In this document: positions 11,795 to 25,973 of the stretch, in pieces
Layout of the letters: every line of letters starts with the position of its first letter
How positions within the stretch are numbered: the first letter of the stretch is position 1
NCBI RefSeq assembly: GCF_006345805.1
Contig: NW_021833069.1
Coordinates: 1 to 64,000 of the forward strand
From: Octopus sinensis
Lineage: Eukaryota
DNA length: 64,000 nucleotides
Direction: 5' to 3'
Notes under the pieces: model-generated
Told to the model about the DNA's origin: nothing
Databases searched by the model: none
What the model saw: the letters and a program-made list of their open reading frames with translations, nothing else
Translations under genes and position numbers: made by a program

Positions 11795-12381
11795 GAACTT
11801 TTTTTAAATTTATTAATGGAACTTGTTAAAAAAATCTAGCTATTAATTACTGGCTCGCAGAATTGAAAGACAATTCTCGCGTAAAACAGCCAGCGAGATC
11901 CTATGAATAAGGAATATAAATTCCCTGGGATCTCTGGAGCGATAGGTGCACAGACGGCCAAGTTTCTTAACATGAGCAAGCGTCTTGGCCCCAAAAACAC
12001 AGGAAGTCTCAACGGCAATTGCCCAAAAGCAAAATCGATCGCGCAAATCCTCTTATTTCGTCAGTTTCGTGAATTCGACCGACGAACCGGGTAGACAAGG
12101 TGTAGAATTCAAGGTTCCCTTGGCGAAAGAGTGGGCACAGATGACGTCCCAAACGAGCTGCTTCCCGGATTCCAAAGCGAAAAGTGTACAGCCGTCTGGA
12201 CGTTTTGCATCTCCAAGGACAAGGCCCGTCGGTTCCAGAACTGAAGGGAAACCAGCTCTTTCCAGAGCTTGATGAATTAGATTGTTAATTTCAGTGTGCC
12301 GAGGAAATCGGCCGGCGCTCATTCGACAAGACAGAGGATGTAGCCCAAAGGCGTCTTTATCCGCACAACTACAGGGGAAAA
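11795..12381 (-). mobile_element. 5'-truncated CRE-clade non-LTR element (CCHC finger plus restriction-like endonuclease)
   Basis: GLHPLSC..RH, LEPTGL..RPDG..WD, AVETS and RISLAVLR motifs. Probable 12-bp TSD tgagcaa(t/a)tatt at 11783 and 12382. Confidence 0.8.
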
Positions 12382-12744
12382 TGAGCAAATATTTTTTAAT
12401 GCATTAACAGAATAGAAAAAAGTATTCACGTTTTATTAAAATCAAATTATTTATTAAAGACCAAACACGGGCAAAGCCAGTTAATTATAGTTATTCCCGT
12501 GATGGTCTTTAAAAAAATAAAATAAAAAATAAAAAAAATTAAAATCAAATCTAATTCCTAATTGAAAATAATGAAAATGATCCTTTTTAAGACCTAATCT
12601 TGATTGAAGAGAGCTGAAATCGGCAGACGACATCGAACTCATGAGGGAACTATCGACGAACAGAGGGAATTGGAAGCTATTAACAAATCCTGGAGAAAGT
12701 GGCACAAGCGAGATAAATTCACTAAAGTTTTTTGCGGTTTTCTA

Positions 12745-13200
12745 ATTTTATTTATTTATTTAACCGCCAAGACCACGATAAGAGTCAAACAAAAGTCACG
12801 TGATCCCGATGCACTCGACCAGGGACCTCATCTTCGCTCGGTGATCTTTCCACGAGCCCACACAAGATCGCACCGGGCGGCAGGCCGCTTTTGACGGAGC
12901 ATTTGGTGACGGACCGAGATTCAGCTTGATAAGGTCTTCCAGAGAAGCTGGACCGGGGCGTTGGCTATCATGCGACCAACGATCGGTTAATCTGAGAGCC
13001 CTTTGTTGGGCCTCCTCGATTCGCCTCCTGTTGGACCACGATAACCGCGGACCTCATGATCCGCAAACGTAGGCAATACAAGGTTCGAAGTATTCGCCAG
13101 TACCGGGTGCGAACCGTTTTTCCATATACCGGATAGAGTTCAGAGGATGTTCACTTTTTTCGCATTTGCGAAGGAGGTTATCTGCATTTATTTATTAAAG
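12745..13200 (-). mobile_element. 3' fragment of a CR1/Jockey-type LINE
   Basis: Reads FEPCIAY..RRIEEAQQRALRL and ends in an (AAAT)n tail. Shares gcccacacaagatcg with the fragment at about 52490-52639. Confidence 0.55.
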
Positions 13201-13381
13201 GAGGTTGTCTGCATGTGGGGAGAAACAGAGGTCTTATTAATAATAAATAAAATTTTTAATTGTTTTTCTTTTTTTCAAAAATATTTTCTTTAAAACATAA
13301 TTAAGTATTTTGTAAATAAATAAAACTTTATTAATCTGCTTCCTTTCTGTGCGCATAATGAACTTTACTTTGCTGTAATAA

Positions 13382-15703
<2,322 letters not shown>

Positions 15704-16126
15704 TTTTTGGATATATTTATACATAAAATAAAGAATCAATATTTTAACAGACTCGCTTTATTGGCCAGTTCTAGAATATTATTCCCATTTTTATTGTTCA
15801 TTGCTCTCAGGTTGTATAGGTCCTTGTTCGCCCTCTCTCAATTCATGTCAGTTTGATTATGACACTTTTCTTTATTGGAGTTAAAATCTTACTCATATGA
15901 TCATATCATTTCCGGGGTGTTTCTTGGCGCGACGCTTTCCAGACCTTTCCTTTTGGTTTTTTTATTTCTAAAGTACAGTAATTATAAGGGCAGGCTTTGT
16001 ATAAGTTTCACATAGTTTTAAATGGGGATAAAAGTTATAATTAGTTTTAAATTAATCAGTTATAAAATTTATAAATTAATTTATTGGTTGCTGTTACGTT
16101 GTGTGTGGTTACTTAAGTAAGAATAG

Positions 16127-16572
16127 ATGGACAGCTTAGAAGAAATAAGAAAGAAGCGTTTGGCTGAATTGAGGGCAGAGGTTATATTCTTATTCTTCAA
16201 TTTGCAGTATGGTCCTCAAACTTCAAAATCTCTAACTCCCGAGCAAAAGCAGGAACAGCAACAGAAAGAGGCGGAAATGCGTCATTCGATTCTCGTACAG
16301 ATCCTCGACCAGAGCGCCCGGGCGAGATGTTGATATTTTCCACATTATTTAGTGAGCACAATTGCTGCCGCCGACCCTGAGCGAGGCCAGAAAATACAGG
16401 ATTTCCTGATCCAGTTGTGTCGGCAGAATAGAATTCAGTCTAGACTGACAGATGATGACCTTAAAAAGCTGTTATCTCAAATCTCTTTTCAATCCAAGGG
16501 CACTGACAAAGTCGAGGTACACTGTTATCCTCGACGACTTAGTTTGACCGAAGGAGAGCTATGATCGACTAA
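16127..16572 (+). CDS. PDCD5: Programmed cell death protein 5
   Basis: Four exons (introns of 27, 24 and 26 nt) give MDSLEEIRKKRLAEL..EMRHSILVQILDQSARARLSTI..FDRRRAMID. Confidence 0.92.
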
Positions 16573-16849
16573 AACTTATTTGATAAATTTTGGAAATTTG
16601 TTTTGTTCCTTTTCTGGGAAGTCTTGTAAGTCACAACAGTCATTTTTGGTAGTAATGTGATGACTCTTGTTTTCCATGTTTGTGGCCACTGGTTATTTAG
16701 TAGATGCAATCCTCCTTTTTATCTTATGAGGATAAAAGTTCGATTTTAAGACTTAAAAAAGGGATAAAAGTGTATACCAAAAAATAGGATTATAATATTT
16801 GTCCTTAACTGATTGTAGGCAATTAAGTGGACTTATCCAGTTAGACTCG

Positions 16850-17020
16850 CCGTCACCTGCAAGTTTGGCAATGGAGGAATACTTTGCCGCAATTAGAAAA
16901 AATATCGGAGGCGGCCGCGTATTACACTAGCGGAGGTGGCTGATGCGGATCTAAATTAACCCAACGAAGCCTTAAAAATGGAGAGGATCTGGATAAATAA
17001 GGAGTTTAGAATGGAACATG
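16850..17020 (+). mobile_element. Short degenerate RTE-like 3' fragment
   Basis: MEEYF..YRRRPRITLAEVADADLN parallels the C-terminus of the copies at 3900 and 18981. Confidence 0.45.
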
Positions 17021-17221
17021 GGAGGATGGAAAAGGATTGTTTGAAGTCCCGCATGTGTGGAAATTTAACTAATATGTTTCTACGCCACCTGCCAATAATA
17101 ATATGCTCTTCTTATATAAGATTAGTAAGGAGTGGTGTTATGAGGAAAAGTAATAATGAATGATATATTAAAATGTGCTATCGGAAGGACTGGATTAGTG
17201 GTGTTAGTAATGTGTAAGTGT

Positions 17222-18460
17222 TCAGCTCATTGATACGCGACGAGAAAACTCCTCATCCATCTGGGCCATCGAACTTCCCCTGGAGTAGATGTGGTCGTTA
17301 TTGCGGAGAGGAATACTACTCCCTAAAAACTTACTCTCTCATCACAACCAATGCCCAATCCTTGCAAAAAATACTGAAAGCTTTCGGCGAATTTGTGAGG
17401 CTGCAAATATCAGGACACACTCACCGCCTGTTCGCAAACATTGGCTACGTCGGAGATAGGCAGATACTCAATCTGGCGTCTCCCAGCCAATGTGTTCCTG
17501 GATGACAACAGATTTTCGTAGAGAGTTTGAACAGTGTGGTTGTGTGAAGCCAGTGTGCCTGTCACCACAAGCACATTGCACGCCATCAAGTGCAGTCGGT
17601 CTTTCAGACAAGTCCGTCTGCCATTATTAGACAGAAGATCACCTCATGAACGACAAAATAAACTTGCTCAAATTCCGTGAATTCACTGACTTGTACAATT
17701 CACGGCAAAAATTATCGACCACCTCAGAGTTGGAGTTGTCTGAAGTCTGAAATAAGCAAAACAGGAAAACAGTGCCAAATCTGTGCCAGACGAGGTAGGC
17801 CTCTGCTCGTTTGTTCATTCCCTCTCCTCTGAGCTTCCAATTTATAATCTGACGGGATGAGAAGAAGGAAATACCCGGTCATTCATGGTCTCTGCGAATC
17901 CGGCAGTGGTCGACGTACAGTGAATCAGACAGACTCCGATAACGTAATCAGGGAATAGGAACTGCACTTAGGATTCTTAGACTAACCGCAAATCTGGCGA
18001 GAATGTTGGAGCCCGCGCCCTCTCCCAGACACACACAGCTTTGAATCTTTAAAAATTGAACGACGCAGGAAAGCTCGATTCCCATTTCCTCCATGGAAGG
18101 GAATTGGAAGCTCAAATATGAATTGACCTTACTTCTCTGGGAGGTCGGTGTCTCTGTAACCCTGGCCAGGCACTTCAACGTGGATCCAGCAGACTTGGTC
18201 GGTTATTTGGCTCATCGAGGGATGAGACACGAAGCTATGCCAGTTGGTGTCTATAATGGTAGTGAAAAATATCCATACGGTTACACCCAAGGTCGTGGAT
18301 GGTCATTATTTTGTCACGTCGGTCAAGGGAGCCCTGCATTTTTTTAGATTCTTTTGACCTGGATGTAGACGTTGAAGCTCCAGTCACGACTTGTCTTTAT
18401 TTCATATTTCTAAAATATATGTATTCGAGAATATACAGTCTCGTAAATATTGTGCGACAT
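17222..18460 (-). CDS. NDRG: NDRG/Ndr-family alpha/beta-hydrolase-fold protein
   Basis: Spliced frame: MTIHDLGCNH, IHVEVPGQ, FPSMEEM, LGEGAGSNILARFA, GVCLIHCT, PHKFAESFQYFLQGLG. ATG at 18460, TGA at 17222. The paralogue number cannot be assigned. Confidence 0.88.
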
Positions 18461-18592
18461 GATCGCGATCGATCAGCTAGCTTCAATAATTTAATTTTTG
18501 GTTTTGCATTATAAAAAGATTTTTTAATCAAAAAAAATAATTCTGATTAACAGAATATGCAGATATGTTATTATTAGCTATGGATGTTGGAT

Positions 18593-19373
18593 TTTATTAT
18601 TGAGATTATTATTAACTTATAAACAACACATTGAATGTCTATTGAAAAACCTGGACATGGCTCAAGAAAAAACTGATCTTGTGGAAGTAACAAGATCAAA
18701 TGACAAAATCGATGAAAGATGGCGCCATGTACAAAAACTTGGCTCTCTTCTGGGAGACAGTGAGGATATTGCAAGGAGAAAAATGCTGGCATCTGCAGCA
18801 ATGCACAAACTGGAAGGAATGGCTATCATATGGATCAGCGAATGTTCAACTCAAGACAAGGCTTTACAATGCCTTTGTGAGACCCGTGTTAATGTATAAC
18901 TCCTGCACTTTGGGTTGCACAGATACGGAACTGACACGTCTTAACAGTTTCCACATAGGACTATTGAGAAAACTGTTCAAATGCAGTGGCCCTATAGAAT
19001 ATCTCGGGAGTCGTTATACAGAAAGTGTTCTACAAGGCCACTTTGCATTGACATTGCTGAATCCCGCTGGAAGCTATTTGGACACATACTGCAAATGGAC
19101 CACTCCGCACCCGTAAATACGGTGATGGAGGATTACTTCCAATGGGACAAACCACGGTTCTGGGGGCCCCCTACGCACTACGTTACCTGTCGTTCTGAAC
19201 GCGGACCTCGCCCAAATCAAATCCTGTCTCAAGACCGGTGATGACTTGGACAGACTGCGGCTCACAGCGCTTAACCGATGAAAATGGAGGAGACTCGTGA
19301 CTAGCATTATTTTGGGTGTTGCACAGGTGGAACTATAATTATTATGGCCCTACAATAAGTGCATTAATAATAA
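18593..19373 (+). mobile_element. 5'-truncated RTE-like LINE with (TAA)n tail and 14-bp TSD
   Basis: TSD TATGGATGTTGGAT at 18579-18592 and 19374-19387. Reads LGSLLGDSEDIARRK, YNAFVRPVLMY and SRWKLFGHIL. Confidence 0.88.
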
Positions 19374-19739
19374 TATGGATGTTGGATCAGGGCCGTCGTG
19401 GGTTCGATTCCAAAAGAGGCTACTCTCCAGCTGGGGGTCAATTCTCGTCAACGTTCCCTTGCCCGTGAGGCGACGAGTCGTTCTGGCACGACAAAGTTTC
19501 AAATGGGAATCTCTTATTTTCCGGATGTTAGCGTGGCGTTATATGGTCCACCATGTCAGTTGGAACTTCCAATTGGATATGTAACGCTCAGGGGGCACCT
19601 AATCCCTATCGAAAAAGGACTTCTATAATCGACCCCAGGGGAAATCGTCGTTCCAGATCGATTATCGTGGGCAGGATTGAACCTTTCCAGAGGATCTCCA
19701 TCGCTTGCAAAGTGCATTGGAGATCTCGGAAATTATAAT

Positions 19740-21850
19740 TAACTGGTTTACCCTGGTTCTTTGATCATTAATAAATGTTTAAAATGTTTTTAAAATTAAC
19801 ACATCTGCAACAATAAGTTGTACAGACGCACATATACGGAGTTTGAGAGATGCCCGTAACTCAGCCATTTCGATTTTAGCCTCTTCAGTGCTAATGTTAA
19901 CAACATCTTTCTTTGTTGGACATCTTCCCAGATACCGAGCAGTGACCCAACTTTTCTTAATCTCCTCTATATTACTTTCTAAGTTGACTGTGATGAACTC
20001 GGTCTTTTGTTTGTTCATTTTCAAGAACCACTCTCCTAGTATTCCAGAAGCGTGGTGAAGTGCCATTTAGGTCCTCTGAAACAAAATCTATGTCGTCTGC
20101 ATATATTAATTTCATGATAGAGGTCGGGCCAATTTTAGCTCTCAGATATTCTATCAGCCTCACGCAGAGCAGCTTCCAGGTAAATAACGAATAGAATCGG
20201 AGATAAAGAGTCGCCTTGGGGAGTGCCAATGTGTTGAATTTACGAGAGTGCTCTGAACCAACCCACATTTCCAATTCAGTGTTTGCGAATAGGACACGTA
20301 CCGTTTTCAAAATTTCCTCACCCAACTATGTTCCTAATAGCTGAATAAGTTTTCCTCTGCAAACATTGTCAAACGCTCTTGATAAATCTATCCCAAATAT
20401 GTGAACTGCCTTCCTGAACCTCTGTGTCATAGCACACACCCATATGTCTGTCCAAACAATATTTGCCGTAGACCTCCCTCTTCTGAACCCACTTTGTCCC
20501 ACAGACAAGAATTTGTCCACGGTAGGAGATATTCTGTGAAGAACAATCAGCCAAAGTAGTTTTCATAGAGATGTTAAGAGACTTCTCGGTCTGAGATTTT
20601 CTACCGGTCCAACCGGCTTCCCTGGTTTATGTACAGGAATTTGCACTTCTTGTCCAAGTGGAACGTCTGTATATGTCATAAACATCCCGTTTACTGATGA
20701 CCGAGTGAGCTAGTCGAGTATTTTGAACGTTCTCCATTAATTCCATCAATATTCTGTGAAAAACAATCAGCCAAAGCAGCTTGCATCTCTGTGATAGTAA
20801 TTGGAATAGTTAAACATATATGATCTCCAACCAACTGATGTATCTGCTCATTCTCATTTCTGAAGAGGGATTCAAAGTAGACAGCAATTTTATCGGCCAT
20901 CTCTTTTTATCAAGCATTCTTCTTACATAGTCATCATGTAGAATTAACTCTTTAGGCCCGTCCATTCTGGTTAGCAATCGAATAGCTCGAAACATTTTTG
21001 GGCCATAATTGAGTTGTTAAACTCCTTTGGCATACTGTGCAAGTGATCTTTGATGGAGCAGGCGTACTCAACTTTTTATATCCTGTAGAATGAAATTCCT
21101 CTTATATTTTAGTTTTCATATTTTTATGCTTTTTATTCTTTATACGAAGTCGAAGGTTTTTCTGTGTTCTCGATAGAATATCAATTTTTTCCCATATAGA
21201 CGGGCAGTTTTCGGCTTTCTTGAAACATCTTTTAGCAACGACCTTGCAATTTTTTTAATTCTGTTCTAAATTGAAGTCCGGATTTATATTAGGGATTCAA
21301 TTTTAGGCCAAATTTTTCGACTTTCTTACTGAATGTATTACGCATAGCATCGTTAGCATGTAAGTTTTTTACGGAGTGTTTCACGTTTTTTCTTTCGATT
21401 ACATTCTGACGTAAATGATGTTTAAATCGAGAGAAAACAGCTTTATTCTGACTCAATAGAAGTGTGCCTCCGTAAGATCGTGAGTCCATCAACATCCATT
21501 TGAGATTACCTCCACAGATGATGTAATCAATTTAATTGTAAATAAGTACAATCTCCCCATTCTGGTTCTGTCATTACCCCACCCACGTCGTCATATGTCT
21601 TGTCGGATGTTGCATCCCAGTCATCTGTAAGGAAGGTGAGCGGAGAAGCACGTACATCGCCTATAGCCATGGCGAGATTTGAGTAAAACTTCTTCAAGAC
21701 ATTTCATTGCTATACCCATGTGCGTTAATAACCGTCAGAAGCGTTTTCTCATGTAAGACTAATATCTTGTCAATGATTCTCCGGCAATTAAGTTGGTATA
21801 GCGCTTATTGATTCCAGATCCATGTCCATAGTGTCTACATTCAGGTTTTT
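19740..21850 (-). mobile_element. Degenerate RTE-like LINE (APE endonuclease plus RT remnants)
   Basis: Frameshifted motifs QSGFRRGRST, IDLSRAFDNV and YADDIDF, with APE-like residues near 21500-21800. Confidence 0.8.
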
Positions 21851-22472
21851 CATTTTGATAAAAGAATGACTTTATTCTTTTCAACATTTTCAAAGCCTCT
21901 TCTGAATTCACATGAGATTCGTCATTATGAGTATCTTCATCGTTATATTTTTGTGGGAATCTCCAGCAATATTAAGGTAATCTTCAATTTCATCTATTTC
22001 GGTAAATTCATGATTCATGATTAATAGTTCGGTGTCAATAACAGAATAAGTTAAGTTAGATAATCTCTTCTTATTGGAGAAAATAGGATCAGTAGACATT
22101 ATTTTCTCTTTTCCAAATCTTAAATCATTCACAGCCCTTCAAGATATTTTTTTCTTCAAAACAGAAGAAAAAATGTAAGCTATACGGTCCATCGTGAGAC
22201 CTTTGTTCTCCTCCATGTACGCAATAATGTTTTTCATTAAAAGACAATCTTGTGCACTTACGCATGTTGAATTTAGATTGGTTGAAATATTTTATATAAA
22301 AAATAGTTTGACCAAAAAAAATATTTTTAAAAATTAATGGCAAAATTTAGAAAATGGCCAGCAATAGAATATATTTTTTAAATTTACTAGAAATTTTTAA
22401 TTTTTTGAAAAATATGTGGCGAGCAATAGTGGTGGCGAGTAACAGAGGTGGCCAGCACCAGAGGTTTTACTG
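21850..22472 (-). mobile_element. pogo/Tigger-like deletion derivative with one terminus
   Basis: Terminus ..gaggttttactg|TA and GGCGAGTAA subterminal repeats resemble the element at 54636-56137. Confidence 0.55.
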
Positions 22473-22571
22473 TAATAAAGTCCTTCTTTAGATTCAACAC
22501 TTTTTATTTTGAAGTGACGTTTCTAAAATAAAATAAATTACTTTTTAATTAATTTTTATATTATATAATAA

Positions 22572-23046
22572 ATGTTTGAACAAGTTGTTTTTTGTTTGTA
22601 AAAACTAAGATTGATCAACTATTATCAAGAGGAGTTTCACCTGGAGACGCTTCAATGACGTTTTTTCTGATTGAGCACATTAAGAATAGTAATTCTCTTC
22701 CTTTGAGTTTCAGGTCAGAAGTGGGACTTTATCGACTTGGACGTCATCACTTCTCGAACATATGTGCAAGCCAGATTAAAAACAGACATGGAACTGTATT
22801 CCATAACTCCTATTTCATCCAACACTTCCATATTAGTAGAATCTCTCTTTGAAATCGCCACCTCTCCATCAAAATACAAGTTCAGGAATGTGGGTTATCT
22901 GTAGGTGTGGTCTCGCGTTTGTCGATAGCTATGCTGATATTAATTTTTTTTATATTACTGATCAATTCTGTAGTGCCGAGATAGTTTATAAAAAATGTGG
23001 CGAAAACAAATACAGAACTATAAGGAATCTTTTGCACAGATTGTAA
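22572..23046 (+). CDS. TSEN15: tRNA-splicing endonuclease subunit Sen15-like
   Basis: Three introns of 25-26 nt give ..HIKNSQKWDF..LYSITPISSNTSILVESLFEI..CGLAFVDSYADINFFYITDQF, paralleling the Sen15 C-terminus (TLAIVESDSTIVYY..TDGF). Confidence 0.6.
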
Positions 23047-24014
23047 AAGACATAAATTCCTTCTACAGTCCTGGAATTTGGATGCCGCGTACTAAAAATG
23101 ACTAAATTGGTTAAATAAATTTTTAAATAATTTTAATAACCATTTAAATTATTGATAGAGGGTTATAAATTAAATAATCTATTTTTCACTAAAAAAATTA
23201 ATTAATTTTAATTATCTTCTAAAAAAACTGCGACCACTTCGACAAAAGTACCGAAATTTCTATAAATATTCCATTGCTTTTTAAAAATTTTTTAAGAGGC
23301 TAAACTTACAGGGTCTTCGGAGGTTAAATGGATAATTTCTATAAGAGAATTGCAGTTCCTAAAATTGAATTTAACCCCATTCCACTCTGAATTGGATGGG
23401 AATGTGGCATGAAGAAAACCGACAGAGCTCTTATGGTCACATCATAGGTCAAGGATAGAGTTAATCTTGTATAATTTTTTTAAGGCGGCGAGGTTAGGGT
23501 TAGGGGTTTTGACGGTGTGAACAGAAACCCTTGACGATCAATCTACGGGGACTATTAAAAGAAAACACAAAAATACGGTAGATAATATGGTCCATGATGT
23601 GCTTGGGGCACAAGAAATGGTTAATTGTGACCTCTCAGTTCATCTTCTATCGCTTCATGGCTTAATTGACAAAGTTAACAGTGAAGATTGGAAACAATGG
23701 GCTTGTGATCCCGCCGGATCCACAAAGTCCAGATTCAAGGAATGGATCGTCACTTATTACCCAGTACTTCGGAACATCAAAATCGGTAGCTAACCTCAGG
23801 ATCTTGCTTTCGACTAGAGGTGCTGAAGATCCAATGTGTGGCCACCTGAACAATCTCAGAAGGCTGAAATTGCCATTTTTGGAAAATGTTTTATTGAGTT
23901 GTGCTTTCAAAATTGGCAAATACGTACAACCGGAAGGAGCCCAACCAGGAAAATTCCTTGGCAATTGCTGAAAAGAAGTAATTTAAATGGAGTCAGCGCA
24001 TCAATAAAACAATA

Positions 24015-24950
24015 TGTCACCGTCCAGACCGGCCGGGCGCCAGATCGGTCAGGTCAATTATCTAAATACAAAACAAATATTTTTCCTACAAAACATTTCA
24101 TTGCAAAAAAATATTGATAATAAAAAAATAAAATCTTATTAATAAAAAAGTTCTAAAAAGTTGAAAAGATTAGCATTAATTAATGGTTTTAGTTGAATTA
24201 ACTCGAGACACCCTCGAAAAAATTAGGGAGTATTTGGAATCAGGCCACCTTGATGATTCCTTGAGTTCGGAAGAAAGGGCACGAATACGGAGATATGCCA
24301 AAAATTTAGTTTCAAGGAGAACAACACCTACATTTCTAAAAATGGCTCAAAGTTGCGTTTTTTTTGTATCGAAGACACTGAACTTAAGTTAAAATTCATT
24401 GAAGTAGTCGAGGTCGTGAAAAAAGGAAAAAAGCCCTTGAAAATATTGTAAAATCGGGAGAAAAAATGAAAAGGCGGAGAAAATGGAAATATGATGAAGT
24501 TGAAAGTGGCGATGAAATTTTAATACGCCATGATGGGGATGCAAACCCGGGTTATAGAAAATACCCAATATACGACGAGATATCTGCACAAAAATATATT
24601 GTGAAAAATAGGGATCGAGAACTTGTAACGATAATTAATGAAGAGGATGAAAAAGATCAAACGATACATATTAGCAGAGTAAAAAAACTTTAACTGCAAA
24701 TATTCATGGGGTTCGTTCTGTGTTTTTTCTCGTGCCATATTTACTTAATTGTGAAATAATTGTGCCATTGTTACAAATTCGACGCGGCCGAAGTCCGCAT
24801 AGGGAAAAATATTCACATTGAATCATCCAAAAATAATATTAAAATCAACAAAAGAATGAACAGAAAAAGAAAATAACTTCCGAAAGGTAGTTTTTATTAA
24901 AAATTTTATACATAACCGATCTGGCGCCCCGACCTATCTAGACGGTGACA
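24015..24950 (+). mobile_element. Non-autonomous Ginger-like element (TGTC..GACA ends, 5-bp TSD CAATA)
   Basis: Imperfect TIRs of about 35 bp (TGTCACCGTC..GGCGCCAGATCGGT). CAATA lies at 24010-24014 and 24951-24955. Retains integrase C-terminal remnants shared with 58480-58560. Confidence 0.85.
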
Positions 24951-25973
24951 CAATATTTTGCAAAAATTTAAATATCAACGATATTATCAATGCTATCTAT
25001 GTAGGACAGTGTGCATATGAAAACTTTACCAACAATACCAGGCCTAAGAGTATCTGGGAAGAAATAATGAAGGGAAAACTCACTAAAATTGAAACTACAG
25101 TTGAGTAAATTCAAACTTCTGGCGAAATGATGATGAAGAAGAAACTCACTAATGAAAAGCGTGACACCTTGTGCTCATATGGCTTCAAAAATTGAAAAAT
25201 GAGAGTTCGAGAGAGTTTTCTCTTTACTTCGGGATGAGTTCAAAATCGTGGAAAATAAATTGAGGAAATAAACTACAACTTAAGGAAGACATTCAGAAAA
25301 GCGAATTGGCCTTATGAACTAAATAGAAGACGGTTCTATTGATCTGTCAGTGGAAATAATGAGAGGGCGGTAATTAATTTTAGTCAAGAGGAATGCTTTC
25401 CGTTCTGCACCAACATCTGGAGTAAAAATAAACAGAAGAAAAGTATTTTCCTGTTACGAAAAGAGTCACTGGGTCTGAAAATACTTTTGCCGAGTTCCAA
25501 AGCGAAGGAATTATTGATATTATAAAAGTTCTTAAAAATTTAAAATCAAGCGGCTGCGATTGAGTTCATAACTTTTTTCATAAAAAGCTTTACTGCTATC
25601 TATGGAGGAGATACGGAAAATAAAAGATGAATATACGTCCGAAGATTGGTTTTACCCCGGAATTACGTATCTTATGCCAAAAATGGATGTATGTATTTCA
25701 CCCATGAATCCTAGACCAATTACGTGGATGCCCAACCTGTATAAACTGATGACAAGGTGTGAACAAACTATCGGTTTATGGCCTCGTTAGCGACAATCAA
25801 CTCGGAACACGGAGAAGGAGGAACAGACAATTGTTAATCAGTGTATCAACCAGTAAAATGGGAATAAGTTATCTTGTATGTGAGGAAAGGATTTGACTCA
25901 GTCGACCATGAATTCTTAGTCCAGACTCTCCAAAACTCTGGTTCCCGTGTTTGATCGTAATTTTTATCCAGAA

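Noticed and set aside
19388-19420. Functional tRNA gene
   Set aside because: A B box is present, but I could not build an acceptor stem or anticodon arm. Kept only as a SINE-like candidate.
23492-23506. GGTTAGGGTTAGGGG as a telomere or telomere-addition site
   Set aside because: Only two TTAGGG units, which is compatible with chance.
23587-23971. Overlapping short ORFs as a host gene
   Set aside because: No consistent splice model. The reading continues across the Ginger insertion into the R4/NeSL-like element, so this is more likely its 5' region.
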